A program made the position numbers and the translations under genes. DNA of 64,000 bases from a virus. The number at the start of each line of letters is the position of its first letter. Position 1 is the stretch's first letter. Below, piece by piece: positions 1 to 12,581 of this stretch. The stretch is from positions 32,001-96,000 of the IMG/VR virus record IMGVR_UViG_3300045988_019695; one strand, 5' to 3'. The notes beneath the pieces are model-generated. The model was not told the DNA's origin and did no database searches. It was given only the letters and a program-made list of their open reading frames with translations.

Positions 1-1441
1 CCTTCTCTGCGTTCACAGCTGCATTTATAGCATTCTATACACCTGTGATCTTTACACCAGTAGAAGATACTGACAAAAAGTTCTCTGACAGCGGATCTAC
101 TTTAACATAAACCTTGTGTTCGTTTACTTCTAAGCCATTAGCAAACTCTGTCTCCTCAAGGAACTTAGAGTAGTCGAGCTTAGCCAGTTTGTAAGTACCA
201 TTAGAAAGAATGTATGAAATACACAATGCTGTAGAACCTACAGGATTACCAGCATGGATTGTACCATCCTCATTAAGTGTTGCATTCATATCAAGAACCT
301 CAATGTCCTTAATAGACTGGTCCTTAGCGATATCAATTGTAACGCCCTTAGCTTCTCCATTAACCTAGAGCTGATATGATACAGCTGTAGTTGAATCATG
401 AGGAGTTACTTTAGCTACTGTTATACTACCAATCTTAGCTTGAAGAGCCTGCTCTGCAGCCTTAGCTCTATCAGATTCAGCTTTAATAGCTTCCTTTCTA
501 TCCGATATCTCAGAGTTAAGGTTATCTGTAAGAGTACCCTCAGCAGCTGTAGCTCTATTTTGCTCTGCTGTAATTCTATCTGAGAGACCATTCTCTGCTG
601 TAGTAGCTCTACTAACTTCTGTAGCAAGACTAGCTGTAATCTTAGCCTCCTCAGACTTAGCTCTACTAATCTCTGTATTCAACAGAGCTTTAATAGCGTC
701 ATCTGCATCAGATCTGCTCTTAGCTTCCTGCTGTTCAGCAGCCTTAGCTCTATCAATCTCGTTGCTGAGGTTGTTAGAGATAAGTCTCTCTGCATCTTCT
801 GCTCTAGTCTACTCCTATTCAATCTTTGCTCTGATAATGTTGTCTTCACTCTGTCTTTCAGCTTTCTCTGTAGCATCAGCTTCCTGTCTAGCAAGCTTCT
901 CCTCATTATCTGCATCCTATCTAGCTAACGTTTCAGCGTTAATGCTGGCTGCAAGAGATTCGTCTCCAGTCACTCTATTGTTAATTTCTTTAACAATATC
1001 GTTTGTATTTTTCTCTATAAGGTTTCTATTATCTCTTTCTGAAGCCTCAGCTCTATTCTTCTCTGTTGTTAAAGCAGCTCTAATATCAGTCTCTTCATGA
1101 TTAGCTCTATCTACTTCTGCAATGAGATCATCTGCAAGCTACTTACCCTTGTCTCCAGGATAAGCCGTTCCAGATGTTTCTCCAAGAGCAATAGACTAAC
1201 TTACTTCTACATATGTTGATCCTCCCCATCTATATGTAAGATTAGTGTCTTTTGCTACATATATCTTACCTTCTTCCCCCTAATTAGGGAATGAAAGTAT
1301 ATTTTCGTATTCCTCAACATCATCTACGTAAGAAGGTAACTATGAAGCAGGAACTTTACCATTATTGCTAAGATTAGCAAAATTGCGTTTGATTTTACCC
1401 CAAAGGTACTCAACGCCCTATTGATCTAAATATTGTTTCAT
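1..1441 (-). CDS. tail fibre protein (3' end cut by window edge), read with TAG as sense
   Basis: ATG at 1439-1441. N-terminus MKQYLDQQGVEYLWGKIK..VPASQLPSYVDDVEEY..GKIYVAKDTNLTYRWGGSTY is the common phage tail-fibre N-terminal motif, followed by long RA.AAE coiled-coil repeats. Frame scanned codon by codon: 10 in-frame TAG, no TAA/TGA. Confidence 0.75.
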
Positions 1442-1442
1442 A

Positions 1443-1712
1443 TTACTCTATTACTAAGATTTGTGAAAGAATACTCAAAGGAATGCCTTCGTTGTCCTCG
1501 ACATTATCAAGTCTAGTATTAAGGTTGTACACATTATCCGTAAGTACATCAACCTTATTCTTAAAGTACTGGTTAATATCGTTCTAGAGACCTGTATTTA
1601 CATATCTGAGCATTCCGTCATCGTATATCTGGAGGGCGTCTGCTACGACTCCCTCCGTTGATATGCTTACTATTTTACCATTGATCTATAGATCTTCTCT
1701 CTTTGTATCCAT
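1443..1712 (-). CDS. small late protein (89 aa, 2 in-frame TAG)
   Basis: ATG 1710-1712 lies 2 nt after the stop of the upstream gene. TAA at 1443-1445 sits directly before the next ATG. Only TAG interrupts the frame. Confidence 0.5.
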
Positions 1713-1714
1713 TA

Positions 1715-4700
1715 TTATGTACTTAATATGTATCTTGTGTTACCGATTGTCTTATCAGATGGAGATATAGAGCTAACATTAACCTCAACCTCAGTTGGAA
1801 TTCCAGTAACAGAATTACTAAATGATACAGTTGTGCTATTATCAGAACTATTGGCTTGTACAGTTATATAATAATTAGAATTATACCAAGCTGTACCATA
1901 TTTAGCCCTAGCAATTCCACTAATGGTTACAGCAAATGGGACGGATGGAGAAATAGAAACACCAACGTTCGCAGTTGCTATACCGAGCGGAAAGCCACTC
2001 GCGCTGACCACAGCGTTTACGACAGGTGTTGCGCTACCATCCTATATTATTGTGCAAGTGGCATCTGGATAAGATAAACCGTAATCATTCTTTCCGCTAT
2101 CGGCTCCAGGATAAGACTTTGTAAACGTTAAGTTTCTCTGTGTTGTATTAGTGTTTTCTCCATAAGAGAATGTCTATCTACCAGATGCTACAACATCTCC
2201 TCCTGTACCAATTTTCCAGTTCCAATCGAACGTGTAAAACAGTTCAACACTACCAGCTCCAGAAGAAAGGTTGCTACTTTCAACAACAATTCTATTAAGA
2301 CCAGAACTTGTTATTCTACTATTAGCATCTTGTTCCCAAGTATATGATAAACCAGTGTCGCTTACAGTTTCTGTGCCAGACGCTTTATCTGTACTATATA
2401 AAATATCCTTAGTTAAGCTTACAGTTTTATCTGTTACATCTTGCTCAACTCCACCTTTAGTATAATACTATTGGTAAGTTAATGATTGCTTACCGCCTGA
2501 TGTAGTAAATGACATAGAGTTACCATTCTTCCACCTATAGAATGGGCCTAATACTGGATCTTCTGGTCTACCATTCTGAGACCATGACCATGTAATAGTG
2601 TTACCAGAATTGTTTTGCGTAAGTGTTCCGCTATCACTCCTAGAAAAAGTGGATGTATTATTTCCGCTAGGCCATCCTTTTTCTCTTCCAGTATAACCAA
2701 CATCTTGACGTTCTGTATTACCTTTAGAGCTGGTTCTAGTTCTGTATGAATTAATAGTAGCGTTATTATATTCTCCAAAATCCGCAGCATTGCTTAAGTC
2801 GTATGCTATATCATTTGCAGAAATAGATTCAGTCATATTACTCCACTAGAATGTATATATTACAGAAGGATCATCCCAACTTGGCCATATCTCCGGTTCT
2901 GGAGCAGGTTCGTTATACGTAATGTCAAATGTAGCAGAATCACGATAAGTGTGACCAGTATTATAATCATAATATGTCTAGGTTACTGTAACGCTACCAC
3001 TACCATTTGCTGTTCCAGATATTGTTGTACCATATTTAGATATCTGCATGCTTCCAGACAAGCCAGACACATTAGATGCAGATATGCTACACATTTCGCC
3101 TTCTGATTCACCAGATATATGGCTTCTAGTAGGCTTACAAGCTGCTCTCTTATTAGATGTTGTACCAGATGCGGTATATGGAGTATAGTCTTCATACTCC
3201 TGATAAGCGTAAGCTGTAAAGCTAATATCCGCAGGTTTTTCTTTTATTGTAATAGAAGAAGGACTTACGCTTACGTGTACATCTCCCCACGTTCTAGAAT
3301 TACTTCCAGCAGTTACAGAATATCTTTTTTCTCCTGGATCATTCTAAGAAACGATTACTCTAGTACCAACCCAATTATTAGAACCTCCAGTAACAGTAGC
3401 ATCTTCGCCACCAATTGTGATAGTAGGCCTCTCAGGACATGTAACATTAACTGTGTAAGTCCAGCTCTTTAAAGCAGGATTATATATAACATTACATGAA
3501 GCACTTTCTCCATTAGCATTAGATTCTGTACATGTTACAGTTATTGTTCCTATACTTTCTGTACTAGATGCTGTAGCTGTAAATGATGTTCCATTTTTAG
3601 AGAATGTCATACCAGAAGGTCCGCTAACAGAATAGCTATTACCAGTGTGACTCGTAGAACTACTTGTTACATCAGTTGATACTTCTCCATTCTTAGCAAC
3701 AGTTCCACTAGATGTTCTCCAGATATATTTTGTACCAGACTGATACATAGATACACTAAACTCTTTTGTTAGATTATCGTCAAGATTCCATGAATCAGGT
3801 GACAAAGAAACATTGTAGTCGTTCCATTCTGTATCTTTAGTACCACCAGAGATACTCCATGATACACTATCAGGTGCTGATGTTGTAGCAGAATCACTAA
3901 TAGTAATCTTTCCTACATAGTAACCATTGATATGAGTTACAATAGCATTATGGCCGTTGATTGTAATAGTAGGAGTATTGCTTGTATTAGTATCAGAAGC
4001 CTTTACAGTATATGTATAGCTATCGTATGAAGGTTCTGTATAGAATACATTTGTTGTAGCTGATAGACTTCCATATGTAACAATTATAGAGCCAGTGCAA
4101 GATGTGCTAGATGCAGCTGAAGTGAAGTTCATTCCATCTTTAGAATGAGAGAAAGACTAGCCTGATGGATGCGTATCACTAATAGTGTAATCAATAGTAG
4201 GATACTCTGTAGTCGTAGAAGTAGTAAGGCTAACACTTGTAGAATCATTTCTAGCAATAGTACCAGTAGTATGATCCCAAGCTTTAGTAGTTTTTATTCT
4301 ACTATAACCAACTGTGAACTATTTAGATAATCCTTCTTTCAGATCCCAAGATGTTGGAGATATAGAAAGCGTACCTTCGTTATATGTGTCTCCAGCTCCA
4401 CCTCCACTTATTGTAAAATCAACAAATTCAGGTGCTTCACTCTCAGTTCTTACTCTAGTTGTATACTAGAATGTATAAGTATTACCTGATGTTGTATACC
4501 TAGTAATAGCTGTGCCGTTTATGGTGACAGTAGGAGCAGAAGTGCAAGTAGCTACAAGTGAATATGTGTAAACAAGATTAGCTTCTTTAGCTTCCTGTAT
4601 AATAGTAATTGTGTCAGAATTGCCAGTAGCGTTAGAACCATTTATATGTCCAATTCGCTGATTACCCATATTAGCTGTTACTTTGAATCTTATTTCGGTA

Positions 4701-5044
4701 CTGTTTATTACAATATCTGTAATCCAATCTACATCTGCTGTAGCATTATATTCTATTGTATCACCATCTATATCTCTTGACGATACAGCAGTTGTATATG
4801 TATTACCTGCAGCCTATGGATTATATCTATTATTAGCAAATGAGAATGTACTAAGATCTGGTTTATCTTCAACAGCGAATACATCTATATATTCGTTGTT
4901 AAGATACTATGACAAATTGGATGTAATATTCTTCCTATGAGACTCTGCTATCTACACAGCAGCAGACTTAGTTATACACTCATTTGTACCAGAAGTATTA
5001 TCTCCTACAAGCTAATAAACTTTCTTGTATGTTAATATTTCCAT
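1715..5044 (-). CDS. very large S/T/N-rich repeat protein (about 1109 aa), probable tail fibre / receptor-binding protein
   Basis: Six track ORFs (1715-2011, 2468-2836, 3344-4132, 4466-4669 and others) share one frame. All gaps were scanned: 13 TAG, no TAA/TGA. Recurrent blocks (PTITINGxxA.VT, SWSISGG, TxTC) suggest Ig-like beta repeats. Position is in the tail module. Confidence 0.65.
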
Positions 5045-5046
5045 TT

Positions 5047-6198
5047 TTATGATTTATTAGTTTCAATACAGAACATTCCACTATTAAAGTAATATGTAAA
5101 CGTAGCTGATAATGTCATCCGCTCTTCAGGGTAATTATAATTACCTTGTCCATATATTTCGCAATACGCCGGAAGTGTATTAGAACCAGATTCTGTTACA
5201 CCATTTATATCAAATGTATAGTTTCCGCTATTTGACCAGCTAAACGAATCGTTATCTGTCTTTTTATATGCAGTGTAGCTCATTCCTATATCGTGGCCTT
5301 TTTGTCCAAACCATACAGTGTAAAGATAAACCTTACATGTAAGAAGTCCGTTCTCATCAGTAAGAGCTTCCTCTATAGTCTTTCCATTAAGAGTAGAAAT
5401 TTCGTCTCTATTCTAATTTATATACCGAGCTATAGAATCGAAGTCAACCAATGCGTGCTCCTAACCTGTACCAGTATTATCTCCAGCAAAGCCAAGAATA
5501 TTTGTTCCGTTAGGAAGTGATACTCTACTATTTGTGCCGAATCCAACATACTAATTTTGCACTCCGTTTATAAAGCATGCTACTGTTGTAGCCTAATCAA
5601 GGTCTCTACCGTTGCTCCAACTATAAGTAAAGTCGATAACATCACCGTAAACTAACTCAAGACCAGCTCTGGCTTGTATCAAGTTAATCTTACACTCCTT
5701 TGTTTCGTCTTCACTGTTTACTACTTTAATATTCTCTACTACAAACTAACTATTTGTGTTTTCAGCTTTAGGCCAAAAAGAATAACCATCAGTATTACTT
5801 ACGTATTCAAACCTCTCTGGATCTACAAGGATTCTACACCCTACAGCATCGTCGCTAAGCTTTTCACCAGTAATAAGGTATGTATGTTTGAGAGCTTTCA
5901 CATATATTCTTTTTGCATCAGAATCACTCTTAGCCTGTGCTGAAAATATTGCTTGAGCAGTATCGCTCCAGCTCTCATTATCATACGATACCTGTATAGA
6001 ATACTCGACCCTAGTCTAGCTTTCACATTCGAACTCATCTATAAGTTCAGAATCAGAATAGCTAGAAAGGTCGTTGGTTATCCTCTTTAGCTTCTAACTA
6101 GCAATATCTTGAGCTTCACTTTTAGTAATAATCTCATTTGTACTTAATGAAGTAGCTCCAACTTCATTATATACTTGTTTTTGTGTTAGAAGCTCCAT
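5047..6198 (-). CDS. tail-module protein (383 aa, 7 in-frame TAG)
   Basis: ATG 6196-6198, TAA 5047-5049. Gap 5284-6198 scanned: TAG only. The N-terminus (MELLTQKQVYNEVGATSLSTNEIITKSEAQ) resembles the N-terminus of the next gene (MEILTYKKVYQLVGDNTSGTNECITKSAA), suggesting a shared attachment module. Confidence 0.55.
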
Positions 6199-6204
6199 AA
6201 TAGA

Positions 6205-7008
6205 TTAATCTGTAATTTTAAAGAAATGCTGAGCATTTACATTACTAATACCGGCTGCAGGAGTAAGTGTAGCTCCATTCTTAACCCAGTATCTATTGAG
6301 AATCTGCTCAATCTTACTCTCAATATCATTACCGCCAATAGCCTGCTGAATCAGCTGATTAATTCTATTGTCGATATAGTTTGTAACATCACTGTTCTGC
6401 TTGATGATAGTGCTAAGGTCACCTGCTACCCACTGACCATTTGTATAGATAAGGACATTACCTTCTCTACCATCTGGGAGGAAAGCCTGTGCACCAGCGC
6501 CATTAATCTTACCATTAATAGTAATGTTGTTAACTGTTGTATTGCCATCAACTCTCAAGTCGCCTTCACTCTTAAGCAGCTTATGTACTGTAAGAGTATT
6601 ACAATCTAACTAAAGAGCCTTAAATACACCCATTACATCAAGGTCGTTACAAGTGATCTTGTGGTCTGCCTGAATGCTAACAGGGTTGCCATGTGCTGTA
6701 AGCTTATCGTAAGCATCAAGTGTACCACGAACTTCCTAGTTACCATTTACATCATGGTTACCACGAACAGTCTGATCGCCTTCTACAGTTGTATTGCCCT
6801 CGAATACTGTATCACCATGGAATGTAGCCCTATTGAACTCTGGGTTACTCTTGAAGTCTTCTACCTTATTATTGATGTTCTTTACAACATCCTCAATAGA
6901 AGCTTTGTTCTTCTCAGACCAGATCTGACTAGCATCAGCAACAATACCCTCTGTAGAGATGTTTACAAGCTTACCATATATCTGAATATCTTCGTTTGTT
7001 GCGTTCAT
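6205..7008 (-). CDS. tail-module protein (267 aa, 2 in-frame TAG)
   Basis: ORFs 6736-7008 and 6205-6558 are in one frame, joined through TAGs at 6736 and 6610. Short G/N/T-rich beta-helix-like repeats are present (GDTVFEGNTTVEGDQTVRGNHDVNGN). Confidence 0.55.
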
Positions 7009-7010
7009 GA

Positions 7011-8396
7011 TTATTTGTTCTTAAATTTAACATAAACAGTAGAGCCACCTGTAGAAAGGTTTCTCTTCATTGGGTTAGGACAGCAGTAATAATATCTTGA
7101 ATCATTAAGCTTCTGCTGAGGCTTAGTGAGAGGGATATATGTAGCTGCGTCAACATTACCAACACCTTGTGTATTAATATTAGCAGCATACAAGATAGGC
7201 TGGCGTGTAACAATCCACAAGTACTGACCATCTGTATCGTTCTCTACAGTAGTAGCATCTGTAAGACTATCTACCTTTGTAAGAAGTGCGAGATTTACAT
7301 TCTCTACACCAACTGTATTGAAAGCTTCCTGGTCCCTTGTCTCGAAAGACTGATCCTTACGGTTAAAGCCATACTTGTAATCGTCTTCCATATTCTCTGG
7401 GAATGGACGTACAGGCAAGAAGCCAATGTAATCATAATCGCCACCAACTACAGTAACATTAAAGCCTGTGCTAACCTCATTGTTCTTAGCAGATACTGTT
7501 ACGTATGTAGATATAGTATTGTCCTGATCAAGAGCCCTAATGAGACCTGTATGCTGATCAATTGTAATAACACCTGTCTTGGCTGCATGGAAGTCAAGCT
7601 GCTCATAAGGCCAGTTATCTGGAGTATACTCAAGTACTGAACCATTCTCAAGCTCTACTTCAATATAGTACTGATGATCTCTTGTATCGAGTTCACCGAG
7701 TCTAATAGATGTATTGCCATACATGTTAAGGTCACCCTTAACTCTAATGGCCAAGATATTCTTGTTCATAAGATCGTCCTTATCTACATCGAGTGTAATG
7801 TCACCACTTGCACCAGACTTGTCATCTACAAGCTGAAGAACATCACCGTAGTCCATTGTATATGTATGGAGGTCGGTGCGACCCCAACCTGGCTCATAAA
7901 TCATAGCCTGTACAACGAGCTTGTATACACCACAGAACATCTGATCCTTTGCAGGGAAGTAGCACTGAATAGAGTTAGCCTTAGGCAGAACTCTAGAGTA
8001 TGCCAAGTATGTAAAGTCCTCACAAGCGCAGCAATTTACAGCGTCGTATGGCTTATTATACTTTGGAGGCAGTATGCCTGGACCAGCTGCAGGATTACAA
8101 CCATGTGGATCAAGCATGCAGCAGAAGCTATGACTGTAACGATTACAATCATTGTGACAGCAATCGTAGTATCTACAATGTGGCAAAGCATGATACTTTG
8201 GATGACCACATCTGTCGTTCACACAACCACAACCATGAACATGCTTATTCCAGAAGCAATCGACTGGGAAATAGTCGAGCATTGATGTATTAATCAAATA
8301 ACACTTAAGCTGTTTGATATTAGCTTGATCGTACGTACGTGGACCACGAAGTGTAAGATTCAATCTTACATCGTTTCCAATTCTAATTCTTTGCAT
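7011..8396 (-). CDS. structural-module protein with a Cys/His-rich insert (461 aa, TAG-free)
   Basis: Uninterrupted ORF. I prefer the ATG at 8394-8396 (MQRIRIGNDV..), because 8412-8452 folds as the terminator of the upstream gene. There are 17 Cys within about 95 residues (CFWNKHVHGCGCVNDRCGHPKYHALPHCRYYDCCHNDCNRYSHSFCCMLDPHGC..NCCAC). Confidence 0.6.
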   Translation of the reverse strand: MQRIRIGNDVRLNLTLRGPRTYDQANIKQLKCYLINTSMLDYFPVDCFWNKHVHGCGCVNDRCGHPKYHALPHCRYYDCCHNDCNRYSHSFCCMLDPHGCNPAAGPGILPPKYNKPYDAVNCCACEDFTYLAYSRVLPKANSIQCYFPAKDQMFCGVYKLVVQAMIYEPGWGRTDLHTYTMDYGDVLQLVDDKSGASGDITLDVDKDDLMNKNILAIRVKGDLNMYGNTSIRLGELDTRDHQYYIEVELENGSVLEYTPDNWPYEQLDFHAAKTGVITIDQHTGLIRALDQDNTISTYVTVSAKNNEVSTGFNVTVVGGDYDYIGFLPVRPFPENMEDDYKYGFNRKDQSFETRDQEAFNTVGVENVNLALLTKVDSLTDATTVENDTDGQYLWIVTRQPILYAANINTQGVGNVDAATYIPLTKPQQKLNDSRYYYCCPNPMKRNLSTGGSTVYVKFKNK

Positions 8397-8411
8397 ATTA
8401 TAATATGTATT

Positions 8412-8452
8412 AAAAACAAATGCCGAGATAGGGCAAGTACCCCACCCCGGCA
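8412..8452 (-). terminator. Rho-independent terminator after gene 8458-9582
   Basis: Minus-strand reading TGCCGGGGTGGGGTACTTGCCCTATCTCGGCA forms a hairpin of about 13 bp (with G-U pairs), followed by TTTGTTTTT. Confidence 0.65.
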
Positions 8453-8457
8453 ATTAA

Positions 8458-9582
8458 TTAAAAGTTTGCTTTATCGTAAGCAGCAGAGTTGTCAACTGGG
8501 TTAACAATGTTCTGACGAGAGGCGATCATAGCCTGGAGCTTAGCAACGAAGCCGCCTGCAATCTGATCAGCACCCATAGCCTCACCATTGTTAGAAGCGT
8601 AGATCTCAACTGTCTGCTTTGTTCTACGCCAGAGATCATCAGCTGTACGGTACTGGTTCTCAAACTCGATAGTAATACCGTCGTACTTGTTATCGAGGTT
8701 TGTTACCATAGCTGGCTGAGGATCGTACCAGCAGCAACGATGCAAAACGCCCTGATAGTCAAATGTAGCACGCTCGCGATCACGTACCAATTTAGCTGTT
8801 GCTGGGTATGTAACGCCTTCTTTCTTAGAGAAGACAACACCAAGGTCGTACTTGTTGTTTGAAGCCCAACCTGGAGCTGCAGGGTTCATCCAATACATGT
8901 TAGCATCGAAACGACCCTTCATGTAAACGTTCTCTGTTCTGTTAGACTCATCGTCATCATACTTCATCTGTGTAAGAACGAGCTTCTGACCATTGATCTT
9001 AGCATATACACGCTGGCGCTTTGGAGCACGGATGATATCCTTTACCAAACCCGCCATGATCTCCTGTACAGTATCACCAACCTTAGTTACATAGCTGTAT
9101 GACTCTGTCCACTTGCGATATCGCATTGGCATATCCTTGAAAGTAAGACGAAGAACAACTGGGCAACCACCCTGAGCGAGGAGGTCCAATGTCTCAGGAG
9201 CAACATCACTGAAATCGATTGTAATCTCATCCTCTGAATCTTCCTTGTAATCAAGCTTAGTAACAGACTTAATGTCTGCTACATTAATAATGTTAGACCA
9301 CTTTACAACTGGTACGAATGTAACATTACCAAGCTTGTCAACCTTCTGGAAGCTATCAGATGTAATAACACCAATCTTAAAACGGTCAGCAGCTGCATCC
9401 ATCTTATAAACATCATCAATAGCAGTACCATCCTGCTTAGCTGGATCACAGTTCATGAATACGAACTTACCAACCAATGGCTTAAGATCTTCTTTCTTAG
9501 CCTTACCCTTCAACTCCTCTGCGGTAGCAAGGGTCTCACCGTTCTTGTTAGAAACGAGAACTGAATTTACGTATGTAATCAT
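8458..9582 (-). CDS. abundant virion protein, function not assignable (374 aa, TAG-free)
   Basis: Uninterrupted ORF with its own upstream spacer of about 75 nt and a strong downstream terminator. Absence of TAG in a TAG-rich neighbourhood suggests high expression. Confidence 0.6.
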   Translation of the reverse strand: MITYVNSVLVSNKNGETLATAEELKGKAKKEDLKPLVGKFVFMNCDPAKQDGTAIDDVYKMDAAADRFKIGVITSDSFQKVDKLGNVTFVPVVKWSNIINVADIKSVTKLDYKEDSEDEITIDFSDVAPETLDLLAQGGCPVVLRLTFKDMPMRYRKWTESYSYVTKVGDTVQEIMAGLVKDIIRAPKRQRVYAKINGQKLVLTQMKYDDDESNRTENVYMKGRFDANMYWMNPAAPGWASNNKYDLGVVFSKKEGVTYPATAKLVRDRERATFDYQGVLHRCCWYDPQPAMVTNLDNKYDGITIEFENQYRTADDLWRRTKQTVEIYASNNGEAMGADQIAGGFVAKLQAMIASRQNIVNPVDNSAAYDKANF

Positions 9583-9657
9583 ATTGTTTAATTTTTTCTA
9601 CTCACCCTATAATGTTGATGCTAGACCTAACTAGCTGGGCTTTCCACGTTAAAATTA

Positions 9658-10353
9658 TTATTCTTGTGTATTTACTTCTTGAGTTATAGTCTAATAGCGC
9701 TCATCCTTCTTATTCTCGATGTACATCTGAGCAGCTATCTTTATAATCTCATTAAGTACTGTATCCTCGAACTCATCATATTCGTCATGAGGGTCGTCGA
9801 GAGATATTTCCTATGGCTTTCTTATATAACCAAGCTAATACTTATAGATTCTATAATTCTTATCTGTTAATAAATTGCAGCCATATTTTGTCCTAACTCT
9901 AAGAGGACGAGCTCTGTGATATCTGTAATGAAAGTCTGTAAGGCTATTGTTAACCCTATACATAAAACTATCTTGTGTACACTCAAAGACACACGTGTTC
10001 AATTGATTCTTGTTGTTATTATCTGATATAACAACATCCTCGTTTGATGCGAATAGGAAATCTTCTGGATAGTGTATCTTATATACGTCATATGAAGGTT
10101 CCAATAGGTTTGTCTATATATCATCGTACCAGTAACTTTTGGTCTTGTACAGCTTAATTAAATCATGTCTACGCTTCTCTGTTTCCTCGTACGATGTATC
10201 ATGGACAAGATCACCATTAAATCTAGTCTTTACAAACTTATCAACAGCCTGGTTGAGCCAAAATAAAGATTCGTCCGTCGATGGTTTGTCGAGAGGACTA
10301 TTAAACTTATTAATCTCTCTTTCGAAGTTCACCAATATGTCTATATATCTCAT
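9658..10353 (-). CDS. head-tail connector region protein (231 aa, 4 in-frame TAG)
   Basis: ATG 10351-10353 overlaps the upstream TGA. ORFs 10114-10353 and 9835-10104 continue to TAA 9658-9660 in one frame, with only TAG between them. Confidence 0.55.
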
Positions 10354-11096
10354 TGCTCACCCTCCTATTGTTTAGGCTGTTTCTTAGTATTACCCTACGA
10401 TAATTTAGCCTTATACTATGTAATGTACATATCTACAGCCCCAGAGACAAGCTCATCGAAGCACGAGTATGGGAGCTGGCAATAGCTATGAACAGCGCCA
10501 GCAGAGTCGTCATTATCGTTGTACTTTAACACATTGAATGCATTAGGCTAACAACAATATGTAAGATCTACATAGTCTATAGTAGTGTAAGAATCTGTGA
10601 TAACCCTTAAATAAGGACTATCGTAAGATGTACTCTCAAGTACTACCATAGGATTAGGGAGAATAGAATTCTGATTGTAAAAAGCATTGATTACATTGTC
10701 TACATCATCCTACTTAATTAATGCGTTTGGGGTAACTACTGGTTTACTAAGAGCTTTAGGGCTCTTATAGTTCTTTGAAATGAAACTATCAGACCTAACA
10801 TACATAGCATAATTGTCAGGTAAATCAAAATGGTCATTAGAGACAATGTCTGGTTTAATCTTTGCATGTCTTATCAAAGGTTTAATAGTATCATGTATTC
10901 GTTTAGCTTTCCTAGTACCACGCTGCAGTTCATCTTCTACAGCATACAATGACCTAACATACTGTGACTAGAACTCGCTAAGGAATGAATATATTGTATC
11001 TGTAGTAAGCTTTTCCGTAGTAGCAAACTGAGGATAAATCTCAAATAACCTACGTTCAAACTCTATACCTAGTTTTCTAGTTTCTTCTTTTGTCAT
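10350..11096 (-). CDS. head-tail connector region protein (248 aa, 6 in-frame TAG)
   Basis: ATG 11094-11096 forms an ATGA overlap with the upstream stop. TGA 10350-10352 overlaps the next ATG. Scan shows TAG only. Confidence 0.55.
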
Positions 11097-11815
11097 GATT
11101 CAAGTGGTCTAGTATTTACTTTAGTAGTAAGCCTACTGGATTCTACAATCTCGGTAGACATTATAATAGCCAGATTAATAAGTTCCTCAGCCATAGAGTC
11201 TGACAGCTCAAACTTTGTAGATGTAAAGTCGTAGTCTGATTCAAAGTTACCTGGACCAACTGCGAACTTATTAGGATGTTTAAGATACAAGAATTGAGCA
11301 GTAGAAGTAGCTCCATTGTACTGTACAACCATTGGGTCTACATATGTTATAATGCTATTGTTTTCTATAACTGATGTAGGGTATTCAATCCACGGCATAT
11401 TATTAGTTGTAGCTTTATAGTTCTTAGCTTCTTCATGTGACACGAATCTCATTTCCTATATAGAGTGAGCCTTGCCATCAAATGAATTGAAGCTGTTATT
11501 AACAGTAAATTCTCCGTTCAAGATATACATATAGTCTAACTTGTCTGTAGGGAATCTATAGCTGTTATCTCCAACTAAATTACCGATTGTGTATACATTA
11601 TTAATTAATGGCTTTAAATCTTCAATTGCTTTCATATCTGATTCAAACGCTGACCTTCTAGGATTGTTCCCTGTATATTTTTGAGCTATAAGAGCTAGGT
11701 AGGCTTTATCAAGTATTGTAGCAATCTCATATTTAGTTAGCGACGGATATGACGAAGTTATATTTGCCTTGTCATATTCAATCATAAACTTAGTATAAAT
11801 ATCACTATGCGTCAT
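11093..11815 (-). CDS. connector region protein (240 aa); two track ORFs joined by one TAG at 11456
   Basis: ORFs 11456-11815 and 11093-11452 are in frame and separated only by TAG-GAA-ATG. TGA is at 11093. Confidence 0.45.
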
Positions 11816-11828
11816 ACGTCGTTCGTTA

Positions 11829-12581
11829 TTATTTATTTTCGACCTGATTAATAATCGAGATCTTTAAGTCTTGATTCTTCTTTGCGTCCAAGTATGCAAT
11901 ACAATCCTCAAGTGAGTCTGCAAGCATCTCAGAACCATAATAGTACTGTGTTCTATCCTTACGGATAATGCCCTTAGCAATAGCACTCTCGATCAAGAAC
12001 TCTGTTTCCTTTGTCTTATTATTAACCCACTTAGTAAAGAAGTTTTGTGGCTGCTTATCAACCAATGAGAACAATGTAGACTCTACAAGCTCATTAGACA
12101 TTGTATCAGCGCTAACGCCGAACAATCTAAGACACTTGCGCATCTCTTCAAGAGAAAGCTTGCCAAAAGCAATGATAGCGTCTCTACGAAGCTTGTTGAT
12201 CTTATTCTTCTCAATAGCCTCAGCCTGTCTATTAATAAGCAGATAGTCTTTACCAGCATTAAGCTTATCAAGTGATGTAGCTACTCTCTTATGTCCCTCA
12301 AGGAACTTAATAATCATAGCCTAGCGTGGGAATGAGTCATCGAGGATTGTGCTCTTAGAGCCAACTTTAACACAGAATGTATTCCAGAATGGTGAATTCT
12401 TAGCGAGGTGGCCTTCTGGGTAGCCAAGCTCCTTTTCAAATTTCTTTTCGTCCTCAGGTGTTAAACCTGTGTATATCGACCCAGATCTGGTAAAGTAAGG
12501 TGCAATATAATCAAAGCAATGCTTGTACTTCAACAATCCAGCCCAGGGATTTTTCTTTCTGATCTTTAATTCAACTACCAT
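11829..12581 (-). CDS. protein downstream of the capsid gene (250 aa); two track ORFs joined by one TAG at 12321
   Basis: ORFs 12321-12581 and 11829-12317 are in frame and separated by TAG-GCT-ATG. TAA is at 11829. Confidence 0.45.

Noticed and set aside
8397-8453. N-terminal extension MPGWGTCPISAFVFNTYYN of the Cys-rich protein, as given in the ORF track
   Set aside because: This stretch forms a hairpin of about 13 bp followed by a T-run, which is the terminator of the upstream gene. ATG 8396 is the more plausible start.
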